Shown: piece by piece, positions 11,871-25,553 of the stretch
Numbering within the stretch: position 1 is the stretch's first letter
Layout: the number at the start of each line of letters is the position of its first letter
From: Haliotis rubra
Lineage: Eukaryota
Assembly (NCBI RefSeq): GCF_003918875.1
Contig: NW_025766625.1
Location: 868,001-932,000, forward strand
Length of the DNA: 64,000 nucleotides
Direction of reading: 5' to 3'
Program-made: the position numbers and the translations under genes
The notes under the pieces: model-generated
Databases searched by the model: none
What the model was told of the DNA's origin: nothing
The model's input: the letters and a program-made list of their open reading frames with translations, nothing else

Positions 11871-14439
11871 GGAGTGTATTTGTGTGATACGTGTGATATG
11901 TTTGTGTGAAAAAAAGACGCACCAACGTGTACTTTCCTCCCTGCCTTTGTTTTCTGTGCACATGAATCAAAGTTGCTGCTCGGATTTGCAAAGGCCAATT
12001 TGGACAACTTAGTTTTCAATCATCACAAACTTACTCATTCCCTGCCACTGATGGTCTCACCTGAACCTGAAATGGAGACCCTGAGACCACTTCCTATCTG
12101 TTTCCTATCTGTATCTCTGCATACAAGACTGTAGGACAAGAGCGGTGATTTCAGCTTCCGTTTATGTGGATCTTTGATGTCTACATTTCTGAACTTCAGG
12201 GGTAGAATCGAGCCTTTTCAATCTACGAGGATTTCATACGTCTCCTGTTACAAAATTGTTGCAGCGTTTGAACACTGAAGGTCTAAGTACAGCTTTCCTT
12301 CATGGGGGACATGGGGAGACACTTACACATGCATCAATGATTAAAATGATGTCCGAAAGAATTCCCTGTTTTGAACCTGTATTCCTGTGTGTGTTTCAGA
12401 TGAACACTTGACTTGCCTTTGCATGTGTTTATTGTGGGTGCTACACTGCATTTCACAAACACCTAGTAACACCACTAACTGGTAGCGATCCATAAACATT
12501 CATTGTACAGTCAGAATATTCCTTATGGATAGGGACAGGTGTGTCGCTTTTATTTTCAAATCAAAATGTGTTTTATGTACGTGTAAAACAGAAAAGGTTT
12601 TATGCATAAGTAGCACAAACACGTTTACATGTACGTATGAAACTAAGAATGTTTTGTAAATAAAGGGGCAATATGTACATGTAACACAGAGGGGGTTATG
12701 CATACACGTAGAACAAACGGGCTACCATATGTACGTGGGAATGAGGATGGTTTTACGCCGTTTTTAACACTAGGCTACCCCTCCGCCCTATATGTAAGTG
12801 TACAGCAAAGAAGGTAAATGTTGTATTGTCAACGAACTGTATGCAAACATCGATTCTCTAACTGTTTTTTCTGCCGCATGGAAAGCAGCAAAAGGGTAAA
12901 TTTATCTATCAGCAGAAATGCTAGTGTTCGATTTTGATATGAGGCCTATGAATTTAATGTCAGATATAAACAGAACCGCCTCAAACTATCAGAACTATCA
13001 GAACTGCCTCAAATTTCTTGACCCAAAGGCGACAAAACTCATGTTTACGCAGCTCTGATGGAATCAATATACACACCTGTAATCAAATGTGACAAGCCGC
13101 CATTTATGATATATTTCTCACGTTCCATTATGTATTTACTCTTCATCTATCAAATGTCAACTTCATTTATCATTCACATGCCGGCGTCTAATTTCCTCAT
13201 ACCACAGAGGAGGCACATCCAATAGAGACGTCAGCCTTTGTTACATCTCCTTCGTCGCCTGTTTGATGAAACAAACAATTCCCAGTGCAACTCAAACATG
13301 TAGAAAGTAGAGTGCTCGTTTGTATAATTGCAACGTACTCCTCATACGTCATTACGCGACTAATAGTTGTGGTTCTTATATTTGTATCTCAAACATACGT
13401 GGAAATCGATCGAATGGTGGTCCAAACTTTCAAACAAACTCCGGAATAAAACCTATTGTCATTTTGAATACATTGTCCCGAAAATATATCCTATGCTATG
13501 AATATTGTGATTAATTTAATGAAATACACATTTTATGGCATATCGGCGGATGATATAACGCTCTTAAAACTGCATAGCCAATCTAAAAAATCCAAAGGCC
13601 GGAAATTTGAATGTCCTCTCCACCAATAAGTTTAAAAAAATCAATTTAGCCAAACCATAGATCGAAAGCGTCAATATCTCACTTCATAGGCTCAACAGAA
13701 CATCTCTTTTGAGTTGATTACAACAGGGTCCCTTGAGGCCTGGCGCCGGGAATAAAGTCGCAGTTAGAAGCGACGCTTTATATGTGTGGATGGCCGTGAT
13801 AAAGGGCCGCTATCACTGGGGCCGATTAGGAGGGTTGTTGAGATAACACGTCTCCTGCTGAGAACCACCATCAGAACATATTGAGAAACAAAATGAGCGT
13901 TTGTTTAACGGCTTTGGATAATTTTGTTTTTCCAAAGTGTAAACATATTTTCAGTCGTAAGGATTTAAATTGTTCAAAAACATGCTTTACAAAGTGTGTC
14001 AAGCGAGCCGGTTTTTGTTCAGAAAAAATAAGTCTTCTTTTTTCAAACAATGTCTGCTTGTAAAGAATAGGGAATAGCTTCACAAAATTGCTCATCTATT
14101 GTTAATAACTCCCTGTACATCTGTTTTGTGTTCTTTGTTTTCAATTAGGCAGTGAATCTAACCAGAGCTATCTTGTGCATGAAGTCTTAATAAAAGGGGG
14201 AAAAAATAAACATCACTAATGGTGAATTTTCATGAACATGGAATCATGAAATTTTGTTTACAAATGGGATAAATCACTCATTCCTTTGTAATAAATGAGT
14301 CGTACATTATGCCCTATGCATTAAACGAGTGGTTCACAATGTATTATGATTGTGATAACTGAATAGGTCACAGATCCTTCTGTAATAAACGAGTAATTAT
14401 AATAGCTGCAGTTTACAAAGACATGTGTAAAAACTAACT

Positions 14440-15450
14440 TGTTCACAGAGCCGTATGTAATGACTGAGAAGTTCACAGAGACCAGTGTAATATGTTGTTT
14501 ACAGAGCCGTATGAAATGACTGAGAAGTTCACAGAGACCAGTGTAATATGTTGTTTACAGAGCCGTATGAAATGACTGAGAAGTTCACAGAGACCAGTGT
14601 AATATGTTGTTCACAGAGCCGTATGAAATGACTGAGAAGTTCACAGAGACCAGTGTAATATGTTGTTCACAGAGACCAGTGTAGTATGTTGTTCACAGAG
14701 CCGAGAAATGACTGAGAAGTGTAATAAGTGTGTTGTTCACAGAGCCGTAGTGTAATGACTGAGAAGTTCACAGAGACCAGTGTAATATGTTGTTCAAAGA
14801 GACCAGTGTAATATGTTGTTCACAGAGACCAGTGTAATAAGTTGTTCACAGAGCCGTATGTAATGACTGAGAAGTTCACAGAGACCAGTGTAATATGTTG
14901 TTCACAGAGACCAGTGTAATAAGTGTGTAGTTCACAGAGCCGTATGTAATGTAATGACTGAGAAGTTCACAGAGACCAGTGTAATATGTTGTTCACGGAG
15001 ACCAGTGTAGTACCAGAGACCAGACCAGTGTAATATGTTGTTCACAGAGACCAGTGTAAAAGTGTGTAGATGTTCACAGATCCCTGTGTAATAAGTGTGT
15101 AGTTCACCGTATGTAATGACTGAGAAGTTCACAGAGACCAGTGTAATAAGTGTGTAGTTCACCGAGACCAGTGTAATGTGTGTGTAGTTCTGTGTAGAGT
15201 GTGTAGTGAAATAGTGTGTGTAGTTCACAGAGACCAGTGTAATAAGTGTGTAGTTCACAGAGACCAGTGTAATACGTGGGTGGTTCCCAGAGACCTGTGT
15301 AATAAGTGAGTAGTTCACCGAGACCAGTGTAATAAGTGTGTAGTTCACAGAGATCAGTGTAATAAGTGTGTAGTTCACAGAGACCAGTGTAATAAGTGTG
15401 TAGTTCACAGAGATCACTGAAATAACTGTATACTTGTAGTTCACAGAGTC
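14440..15450. repeat. Minisatellite, 28-30-bp units, partly as 58-bp dimers
   Basis: GTTCACAGAGACCAGTGTAATAAGTGTGTA units, and alternating GTTCACAGAGCCGTATG.AATGACTGAGAA / GTTCACAGAGACCAGTGTAATATGTT units. Degenerate copies lie on both flanks. Confidence 0.95.
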
Positions 15451-16459
15451 TCATGCGATAAACGAATAGTGCATTGTGTAATATATGAAAAGTGAACAGT
15501 GTAATAAATAAGTATTCCTCAATGTGAGTAGTTCAAAACGCCTTGTGTAATAAATGGATAGTTCACAGAATTCACGAGTCATCCACAGTTCCTTGCGCAA
15601 TAAATGAGTAGACCGCCGTGAAGGAAATGAATCACCCATGGTACCTAATGAAATATATAGCTTGTTCATATTGCTTTCATAATATAGGATATGTTCACAG
15701 TAATGTTTGGTCCCAAACATTAATGCACAGTGCCTGTTACGTAAATCACTAATTGAGGCTAATAAGTTGTGTGATCACTGGCATACCATTCAGACAGCTT
15801 AGTTAACGGAATGCACCACAAACAGACAGTGCTTTGTTCACCACATTGATGTATTTAGTTAGATCAGTAAATCACATTCACATTCAATACTTAGTAGGCC
15901 AGTAATGCAAGGAAGTATGACTGTAACATCGATCATTAAAAGAGACGTGTTCAGTATGTTGGCAATGCAAAGTTCCACCGTCAAGTTATGTCATTATATA
16001 CTTGTACTTGCCACTAAATCATGCCACAAAACACTCCACGCATTTACATTGCGAACATGTTGTACCATTCCAAGCAAATGTGGAAAGCTGTACTTTCACA
16101 CCTGCGTCAAAACATCACAATACACAATAAACTGTAATGTATTTATTGTGTTAAGTGATGTTTTCAATATCTACCTAATTTCTCATCTTGCCTTCTTGAA
16201 AATGATAAACGCTGAACACAAAGCATGTCTTCTGCTTAAAACTAGAAGCCACAAATCCCGTTCCATGATCCTATTTTATGAAATATGTGAATAAGCGGTA
16301 CCGAATAAGAAATCTTCCTTTCGACGATTCTGACTGTAACACTGGCATGCGATTCGGACTCACTATCAAAACATTGACGACAATAATGAAAAGGTAAGGC
16401 TATTCAAGCCCATCTGTGTCACAAACACAGAAAAAGGCAAGTCAATTCTTCACAGAAGA

Positions 16460-16679
16460 AGTGAGTGAGTTAGGTTTAGGCCGCACTCAGCAATATTCCA
16501 GCTATGTAGATAATCGAGTCTGGACCAGCGATCAACAGCATGAGCAACGATCTACGCAAAAGGGATAATACGATTACATGTGTCAACCAAGTCAGCGAGC
16601 CTGACCACCTGACCCCGTGACACCTCTTACGACAAGCATGGGTTACTGAAGATCAATTCTAACCGGAATCTTTACGGGT
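16460..16679 (-). mobile_element. SINE-like family B, full-length copy with TSD
   Basis: Reverse complement of the family B consensus; flanked by the direct repeat TTCACAGAA(G/A)AAG; (GAGT)n tail. Confidence 0.9.
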
Positions 16680-18747
16680 TCACAGAAAAAGCCTTCACTT
16701 GAACATATGGTACAAATCAAAATAAGGAATTGCCTCAGACATGTGTTCTGTTAATAATATATCAAAATAGACTGTCTACCCTAAACCCTTTTGAAAGTGC
16801 CTAAGGCCTAAATAACTGTGAACCTGATCAAACAACCTTGGATTAGGAGTCGTATGATATCTTTGAAATATTTTAAGCTAAAGCATACTTGCAAAATGTA
16901 GAGACCTAACGCTTTTAGCAGCTGGAATATCGCTCTACACAGAGGGCAAGTTGACTTGTTTGATGGTTATTGAACGATATCAGATCGTCGATACTGCTAA
17001 AGCTTCATTTTAACTTCTCGGCTAAATTCATTTATTTTCATTTTACTACTGTTAATGCAAAATACAGGAATACTCAATAGCATGTCCTTGCCATTCAGCA
17101 ATTAACAATACATCATCTTCTCTTATTTTAAACGTACCACGCGATTTGCGAAGCAGTGTTCCTTAATGAAGCCTTTCGTCGCTGGCCTACTGGTGACCCT
17201 CCACTAGTTCATCAAAGTCAATCGAAGTGTCTGTTGTACTAATTGCAAGTGTGTCCGCTGGGACGCCCAAAGTCCTGTATTTCCGGCGTTGTATTCATCT
17301 CCCTGTGCACCCATAAAGAGGCGTATACAGTTTCAGGTTTCGTGTTGTTCAAGCCGCTTGGAAAACGCTTATGCCTGTGGACAATGAATGGAACTCACCG
17401 CACCATGTTGCCTTGCATTTGTCTGTTTTGATGGCACATATTTTCAATTTGGTCCACATTTGCCACGTTTCCTATATAAACATTGGTACCTTTGCTTAAT
17501 GGAAGTTTTATTTTCAGACACATTTTTGGGGTTGGACTGTTTTGAAACGCTCCAAGAGACAACATTTGTATTCATAAAGCCCAGATTAAACAGTACTTAA
17601 TAATCCCATTGCAGATATAGTGGCTTGACACGGACCTAGCACACGGCAGACTGGCATTCATCACTGTTGCCATTAGGAGTCTGTAACCAGCTATCTTAGC
17701 AAATCGTCACGGCTATCACGGATATAGGCTATTATCAAAGCGTTAATCGGTTGGCGAAAATTGGAAAATTGATAGTGTAATGATATAACCGACTAATATA
17801 AAGTGTTCTCCAGAAAGCATGATTCATACAGTACTCGCTATGAACGACTCTCATATTACATCTGCTATTTATATTCATTGTCATTAATACAATAGATGAA
17901 ATGTGATATTTTCTTATGTGCGCTTTATCAAGGGTTATTTGATACCTTTCATTTAAAAGATATAAACGTTTAAATTAGAAGGTACAGTACTATTTCATGT
18001 TTCAGAAAGCTGTACAAATGTTGAATAGAAAGGTTACTGTGTTTAGTGCATCACGAGTAGTGGTACATGTAATCATGACTCTCAGTATTGTCGGTCAATT
18101 TGTCAACAAGGCTATCTAATTGATTAATGGATATAAGTGAAAACTAATAAAACAACTATGTTTTGATTGATTGTCCTAAGTCAGTTTGTATTGTATTTGT
18201 AATATATCCCGCGTTTATGTATGTCTGTCTTCTCAGCTATCTGTATGTGTGATATCACCGGTCTAAATGCATCATATCTTTTAACGACATTTTAATGAGA
18301 GAGAGAGAGAGAGAAATAGTCAGTAAGTGATATCCTCTCTTTATATCTTTCTGATATAAAGCGACTTGTCATTTTCCAGCAATGGAAACTAATTATCTTT
18401 CTAAAACAATAAAATATATTTTCAGTAAACTGCTATCAAACTTAACGTAATCTAACACATCAGATGTCATAAAACAAAATTTTCTGTACTGTAGCAATTC
18501 TTGGAAAATGGACCGTACGAAAGATGACTCATACTATTTGTAGACAGCTAGTGATTATATCACAGTGTCTTACTTCTTGAGATATGCCAGGTGGGGTATG
18601 CCCAGATTCTTTGTTACGCACCTCACCCACATTGTTTCCAAACTACCCAATCCCACAATCACACACTCGCAGCATCCATCCTGGTTCGTGTGCTCCTGGG
18701 GCAGGCATTAATGGGATACATTGTACAACCCTTCTTGACTACGCGCT

Positions 18748-18902
18748 NNNNNNNNNNNNNNNNNNNNNNNNNNNNNNNNNNNNNNNNNNNNNNNNNNNNN
18801 NNNNNNNNNNNNNNNNNNNNNNNNNNNNNNNNNNNNNNNNNNNNNNNNNNNNNNNNNNNNNNNNNNNNNNNNNNNNNNNNNNNNNNNNNNNNNNNNNNNN
18901 NN
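18748..18902. other. Assembly gap (N run)
   Basis: Run of N. Confidence 0.99.
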
Positions 18903-19344
18903 AGGACAAGGGGTGGTTGCGGGGGAGAACAAGGACTGAGTAAGGGGATGGGTGTGTTGGAGATATGTGCTCTGGTATATCGGGCGCTTCACCGACCTCG
19001 TGCAATCAGACCTATTCTTATACTCTGAGTTATTGTATTTCCATTAGAGTTGGATCTCATAAAACACCTTACATCTCTACAGTGATAAACATAGCTGGTG
19101 GTGCTGTATCGTGGGAACAATCTAAAGTTGGGGCGATTGAAAATTTTGAGAAATAGGAGTTCTGGATAATTTTTATAGGAGGCCCGATAATATGCGATAT
19201 ATTTCACAATGATGTAAGGATGTAGATCATGTACAAACCAACCGTATGTGACGCTAGTAATGGAATCAAGAATATATAGTACATCATGATAAACATATCA
19301 GACAGTACATGAACACTTATCTTGCCTCACACATACATGTCGTT

Positions 19345-19785
19345 TTCTGATTGGCTGAGAGCTCTTCTATTATTTTCAATGTACCCCGCTTACAAGCGAG
19401 TAACATTTTCTATGTACCCCGCTGGGAATGCCGGACTCATTTGGTACTTCGTAGTAGTAATTCTTTGTCTCGAATAACATTGAATCACGTATGATGTTCG
19501 GAAATTATCGATGTTTTGCGAATGCAAATCAAGGGAGGGAAGATAACTCTAAAAAAATTGTTCTTGTCGTCTGGTACTCCATACTGTGATCCGATACCCG
19601 TGCTTCAAACAGTTCAAAATTACCATTGGGGTTAGATAAATACGTTGTTAACTGGTCCCTCGGGGCCCATTGGTTGATGTTCATGTTGTTTATGTTCCCT
19701 GAGCCCGAAGGGCGAGGGGAACAGAAAGAACCATCGAGGGTACATCAGCCCATGCCCCCCTCGAAACCAGTGAACAACTTATAAT
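19345..19785. mobile_element. Possible non-autonomous DNA element remnant with subterminal GC hairpin
   Basis: TCTGATTGGCTGA start. Hairpin GTTCCCTGAGCCCGAAGGGCGAGGGGAAC (~19695-19722) is nested in imperfect inverted repeats ACTGGTCCCTCG...CCCTCGAAACCAGT. Confidence 0.35.
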
Positions 19786-22415
19786 ATCGGCATAAACATG
19801 CATATGGATACATCTTCATCAACAGACACAGATTATATATACGATACCGAACAGGAAGAGGTACAGGTAAAATATGTAAACACGTAAACAATATATATGC
19901 AGACACAGATCCAAATACAGGAAAGACACAAACAACGAAAATAAACAACTAAAGATACACTCAGTTGCTATGTTGATAATTCATCTTTGTGCCTCTAGTT
20001 TCCTAATTTACTGATGGTCTGCCTCTAATCTTTATTGGTACCATCTTCATAACTATCGACCTACTGTCTGTCTGTCTATCTGTCTATCTGTGAGGCTATC
20101 CGTCTGCACACTTCTGCCTACTCAATTTCTACCTATTTACCACGCTACCATCTATTGGCCATTGTTTATCTATCTATTTGTCTTATTACTATTAACATGT
20201 CTGTCTGTCTATCCGTCTGCCTATTTATTCAAGAAAGCATCCTTGGAAAACCTTTTGCCAGGTTTTGAGAAAATGTTCAATAAATATTGTTTCTTATGCT
20301 GTTCACAAGACCTCACTAAATTAAGAACCTATGTCAGCGTGCAGATCTACTGCGATCTCGCAAGTGTCATTTCCTTACTTCCGGTCGTTCACAGACCGAG
20401 CCTGATGGGATACCTTTCTGTTTAATGTCTGTCGCCCAAATGAGTAGCACTAGTAAAAGAGGTACACACGACTGCGGAAATTAGACGGTTACTCCAGGAC
20501 CAGTATCGTGTCACCCCAAAGACCTTTAGATAATTGTTAATGTTAAACTTCATCGGTCCTATGTGACTTAAGTCTTCACGATTAACCCAAAATACGGTAT
20601 ATTGACAAAAATGTGTTACGATAACAATAACGTCATTTTATTGTTATTTTCTTTACCTTATTCGGAGTGCCGCTATTCAAATTGAACGATAATGTAAAGA
20701 ACACTTGTTGGTATATCTAGACACTGAAAACAAACTGTGCAAACATTTTTGTGACTTTGAATTTTGTGACTCATTTGAGGTATGTTTGACCAGAGCAGAA
20801 ACACTGAAAGCCAGCACAAATCCAAGTGTACCACTTTCACATAATTATGTTCCGGTATAGTAAGATGACCAACTTGAAACCTCCATGTCATGGCAATTGT
20901 TTCAAATTCGTACAGGACGTTTCAAGGCACTTTAGCTGTACTCCAAACCATGTTTCTGTTCTTGCCCTCAAGACAATTTATAAACCTTTTGGACATCCAA
21001 GATCTACGATCCCTGCACACCCCCGTGGGATATGGTTGATTGACACGATGCTCAATGATCAAACCATGCCACTGTCTATTCTAAATCATTGGTAGACCCA
21101 TCCCACTACCGTCAGACGCCGGCTGGGATTAGCATGTACCGAGTACGACGTCCACAACGTCGTCTACGATGGCTTAATCACAACATCCACCATCTTGGTT
21201 ATAGTTAGGTAACATCTTGTTCACAGATGAATCCAGATATCACATTTAAATAAAGAATGGTATCAAAAATGTTCTTTCTGTGCACAATAAGTATATATTT
21301 CTCAGAGACATACACCTTTCCTTACTAAAATACACACACAACAATAATTAATCTTATTTTTTGTGTACAAATACGAGAGGAATTTAAATGAGTATGGCTC
21401 ACGTCAATTACGTATTCAAGACTGTGTGGACTTTCGGTCTTTAGCCTTTACGAAATCTCTCTGCGTAAAGGTAATGTTGGAATGACATTTTCCCCTTTGT
21501 GTATCTGATACCAAGATCATTCACTGATGAGGACAACATCACGATGATCAGCTAGCGAATGTTATTTTCACTCTAAAACGGATATGATTATTTTGTTTTA
21601 TGCTGAGTTGGCGTTTGCGGAGATGCAAAAGCACTCTATGATGTTTTGGTAGTGAATATGTATGTAGGGATCAGTTTGAACATAATTCAGACTGTTGTGA
21701 AATTGTCACGACCTTGGGATATTATAGCTTTGTGTGGAACAAGGCTTTGAAATGATGTGGGTGTCGTGCGTCTACCTTGTGAAATAATTCTAAATGGGGG
21801 ACATGTACATGTGACGTAATCTGATAACGACGGACAACTGAATCTTTGAATGGCATTTAGAAGTAGAATTTACAGAAAAGAAGATTTGTGGATGTCAACT
21901 TCGTATCGTGAATGACGTTGAATTCTATATCCTGTCACATCTATTACATGTTGTTTCAGTGTATCACTGGCCTCATGTATATGTTACAAAGGTTTTTCTG
22001 TAGTGCTCAAATGTATATATATGATTTTGTCAGGAATTATGAGTGAATACCGGGGTTCGAGCCCATACGGTTTCATTTGAGAACCTATATTTCTACACCT
22101 GAACTGCACCGACATACGGTGTTCTATTAAATGGTAAACTCTACACATTTCCAAATAATTCCATAATCCTTGAAAGCTCAGAAAATATTTTGTATAAAAT
22201 GATGTGTCCTGGTAGTTTACCAATAACAAAGTTCATCCTTGAAGCGATTAGAAAATCTTTGATGATGAAATGATTATTCAGATAAATACACACACACACA
22301 CACGCATGCACGCACGCATTATTGTGATGTAAACATATTAATTGTTCCACAAAGGTAATACGTTTCTATTACTGGATAATGACAACTTTTTCTATCTGAA
22401 AGATGTAAGGAGAGG

Positions 22416-22420
<5 letters not shown>

Positions 22421-22447
<27 letters not shown>

Positions 22448-22451
22448 CTCA

Positions 22452-22491
<40 letters not shown>
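22421..22491. repeat. Compound microsatellite (TA)n(CT)n(CA)n
   Basis: Direct reading of the sequence. Confidence 0.95.
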
Positions 22492-22494
<3 letters not shown>

Positions 22495-23107
22495 CCTTGT
22501 TCTGGTGACTATATTTGTTATAATCCTCGTAAGCATGTATTTACAACATGCAGGCCATTGAAATAATACCACCCCAGGACCCTATGAAAGCGTGGAGAGC
22601 CTTGCACAATGTATGTTAAATATCAATATAGCTAAAGCATTTCTGACAGCTCACACAAGGGCAAAGAATACTGTATAAATAAAGAACACAAAGAATTCAC
22701 AGAATAGCACAAGCTACTTAACAAGAATTAGTTTAGGCGCTTGTTCATGAAGGGATTTTATTCAGAATTGGCCAGGCATTAAACGAAATAACGAAAGTAA
22801 CGAAGGCAACAGTCGCTCAATAGATACGCATGGGCTGCGGTGGAAAAAAACGACATACCAAGATTTCACATGATTCAGTTTAAGTGCCTCATGAAGGACC
22901 TGAAACGTGAAATGAAGATGTCAGATGAATGACAGGTTGCGGATATTAAAAGGTCATACAGGAAGGCCATTCAAATATGTAGTACTCGCCGTGAGATCGT
23001 CAGTCAGCTCCAAGCTGATGCTTACAGACCATGGGAAACTGTAGTTCAAGCTGTTGAAGTAAATGAGTGAGTGAGTGAGTGAGTGATTACACCGTTTACA
23101 AGTTATA

Positions 23108-24606
23108 TCCCAAAACTTCCACATCCCAATATTACCACACATTGTTGCCTTGAGTCCAATTTCGCCTACATCCCATTTTGCCAACAGAAAACATGTACAA
23201 ATGGACTAGAGACAGACAGATGGACAGGCAGTTCCTGGTGGTGGCTATTCTTGACGGCATAGATGTTGACCTCAATGGACTGACAGAGTTCTCCTGTTCA
23301 CCACTACTGAGATGGACACTATTGCTGAAGCTGAGACTTTGTATATGGATGGAACTTTCTTTGCTTGTCCCAGTCTATGGCGCCAGGTGTATGTTATCCA
23401 CAGTATGGTAGAAGGCAAGATACACCCTATGGCGATTTCCCTTCTGCCAAACATGACCACAGTAACCTACACCAGGCTCTTCCCACACCTGAAGGACTTA
23501 GTTGCTACTACAGAGACAGAGACTTGAAAGTGGAAGAAGATCGTCTATTCAGTTCCTGGACGCAGCAGGTCACTTAATGAAGCTTCAATAAACTCAGACA
23601 TCCATGAACTCAAGTACAGTGTACTAGTTAACAGCCAGTGCCATTTTGATTATTGTATTGTATTGAATTGTATTGTATTGTCATTTTATATGAATAAAAA
23701 TATGAAAGAAAAACTTTGTTTTAATGCAAAAAGCCATTTTGTCTACATGTGCTAAAAATCAAATTAAATGAAAACTAAGTTAGATTCCATTTATATCTGA
23801 AGGGGGGTAAAGTCATACTCATGCATGAAATACCAGTCACCAGACCATAAATTGTTGTTTTAAGACATGTCCTTTTTAGGAAATAGGATGTAGGAAGAAA
23901 TGGGAACATGAAGCAACGCTCTACTACCAAACATACTTGCACTACAAATTTCAGACATAAACACATAAATCAATTTTAATTAAATAAGGAAATCGATAAT
24001 GTTGTGGTATGGACACTGACATTAATTGTTATGGTAGTGACACAATAACGGTAGTGACATTTTTAGTAATAGCCAGTTTTATATGTTTACTTTTAAAGAT
24101 AATTTAATGAAATTTGTCAGTCAGATATTTCAGAATGTTTAAAGAATATGTAATAGGCAACAAATTTACTTATGGATGTCCCTGTCATGTAAAAACATGC
24201 ATGTTACCGCAGTGACACTGTGACTGTATATAATGTCACTACAGTAACAACCCTATCACAGCCGTGTTCTTCTACGCCAGACTCTTCAGGTGCATCAGAG
24301 ACAGAACCGTCCACTTGTTCCAACAACAGTACACAGTGACAGGGTTATGACCGTCAAATGTGCGGGTGAAATCTTAGACACTATAGGACATAAGTTCTAT
24401 ATAAATGTTCTACATAGACTGTTATATCTTACCAGAAAACATATGTATTTTTGTTAATATATTACTAAGTGATTGTTTGTATTCATTACTGATTAATGGG
24501 TTAAACCATTACAGACTGAGGTAATCAGTATGCTCAAGTGTGTGCAGTCAACCAGAAATGTTGTTGTTATAAGCTGTGGAAGTTTTGGGATGTGAAAGTT
24601 TTGGGA
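23108..24606 (+). mobile_element. Internally deleted Mutator-like (MULE) DNA transposon
   Basis: ORF 23312-23527 reads LYMDGTFFACPSLWRQVYVIH...HPMAISLLPNMTTVTYTRLF, matching the MULE transposase DGTF..P...Q.Y.IH motif. ~32-bp imperfect TIRs at 23108-23139 and 24575-24606 are built from TCCCAAAACTTCCACA subrepeats. Confidence 0.8.
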
Positions 24607-24684
24607 AGATACCGACAGCTTGATATACTCAACAGGCAAGGAGGATATTACAGCGTTGGGGGTAACTAAGTTACTACGGTAACT

Positions 24685-24851
24685 GACTGACTGACTGAGT
24701 TTGGTTTTACGCCGTTTTTAGCAATATTCCAGCAACATCACGGCGGGGACACCAGAAATGGGCTTCACACATTGTACCCATGTGGGGATTCGAACCCGGG
24801 TTTTCGGCGTGACGAGCCAACGCTTTAACCACTAGACTACCCCACCGCCCC
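24685..24851 (-). mobile_element. tRNA-derived SINE family A, full-length, 12-bp TSD
   Basis: A box and B box (GGTTCGAATCC) in a tRNA-Asp-like head; TSD ACTACGGTAACT at 24673-24684 and 24852-24863. Confidence 0.93.
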
Positions 24852-25043
24852 ACTACGGTAACTAAGATGTTCAGTGATATAACGTCGGATCATTACAACT
24901 TTCTTTTGTCATAATCATGCTCCTTTCTTGAACATTCCCTTTCAAGTATCTACGGATATATAACAGAGGAACTTTATGTTATTATGACTTTATTTATATG
25001 ATGACTACACATATTGTCAATTCATTCTTGAATGTTCTCTTTC

Positions 25044-25184
25044 GAGTGAGTGAGTATGGTTTTACGCTAGCAAAATTCCGGCACTATCACGGCGGGGAAC
25101 ACCAGAAATAGCCTTCACACATTGTACCCATGTGGGAAATCGAAACCCGGGTCTTGAGCGAATGCATTAACCACTAGGCTACCC
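25044..25184 (-). mobile_element. SINE family A copy (diverged)
   Basis: Homologous to 26218-26384; (GAGT)n tail. Confidence 0.85.
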
Positions 25185-25392
25185 TGTTTTCTTACGAGCG
25201 TCCTTAGATGATGATACATGTATACACTGGTTGATAATTATTGGAGTCCTCTGCATCTCACACACACAAGACATGCTTTAGTACAACCATATCCAAACAT
25301 TCGTGTACCAGTACCTCGTGGGTGAGCACTGGTCCCCGGGATCTGATGCCTGTTGTAAACATCGAACATGTGGATCGACTGGTCATTACGTG

Positions 25393-25553
25393 TGTAGTGG
25401 CCATACAAATTCCGAGTCCCTTGCTGGGATTCGAACAATGGACCTTCTGATCCGAAGTCGGACGCCTTGTCCACCTGACCATAGAGGTTAACCCCGTCAG
25501 CAAGCTGACAAGGTAAGGATGTCATCTGTGGGATGACTCCACGCTCTGCTACA
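25393..25553 (-). mobile_element. 161-bp TG...CA element carrying a tRNA-Arg(TCG)-derived sequence, 4-bp TSD
   Basis: Termini TGTAGTGG...CTGCTACA flanked by CGTG on both sides (25389-25392, 25554-25557). Internal minus-strand TGGACAAGGCGTCCGACTTCGGATCAGAAGG...TTCGAATCCC. Second copy at 46139-46286. Confidence 0.75.

Noticed and set aside
14932-15454. 170-aa and 116-aa repetitive ORFs
   Set aside because: Translations of the 30-bp minisatellite.
18584-19028. ORFs spanning the N gap (also 2872-3165)
   Set aside because: Artefacts of translating through N runs.
21520-21570. Hammerhead ribozyme cores (CTGATGA at ~21524, 58746, 63427 and minus strand ~49650)
   Set aside because: None has a stem II followed directly by GAAA with pairing stems I and III.
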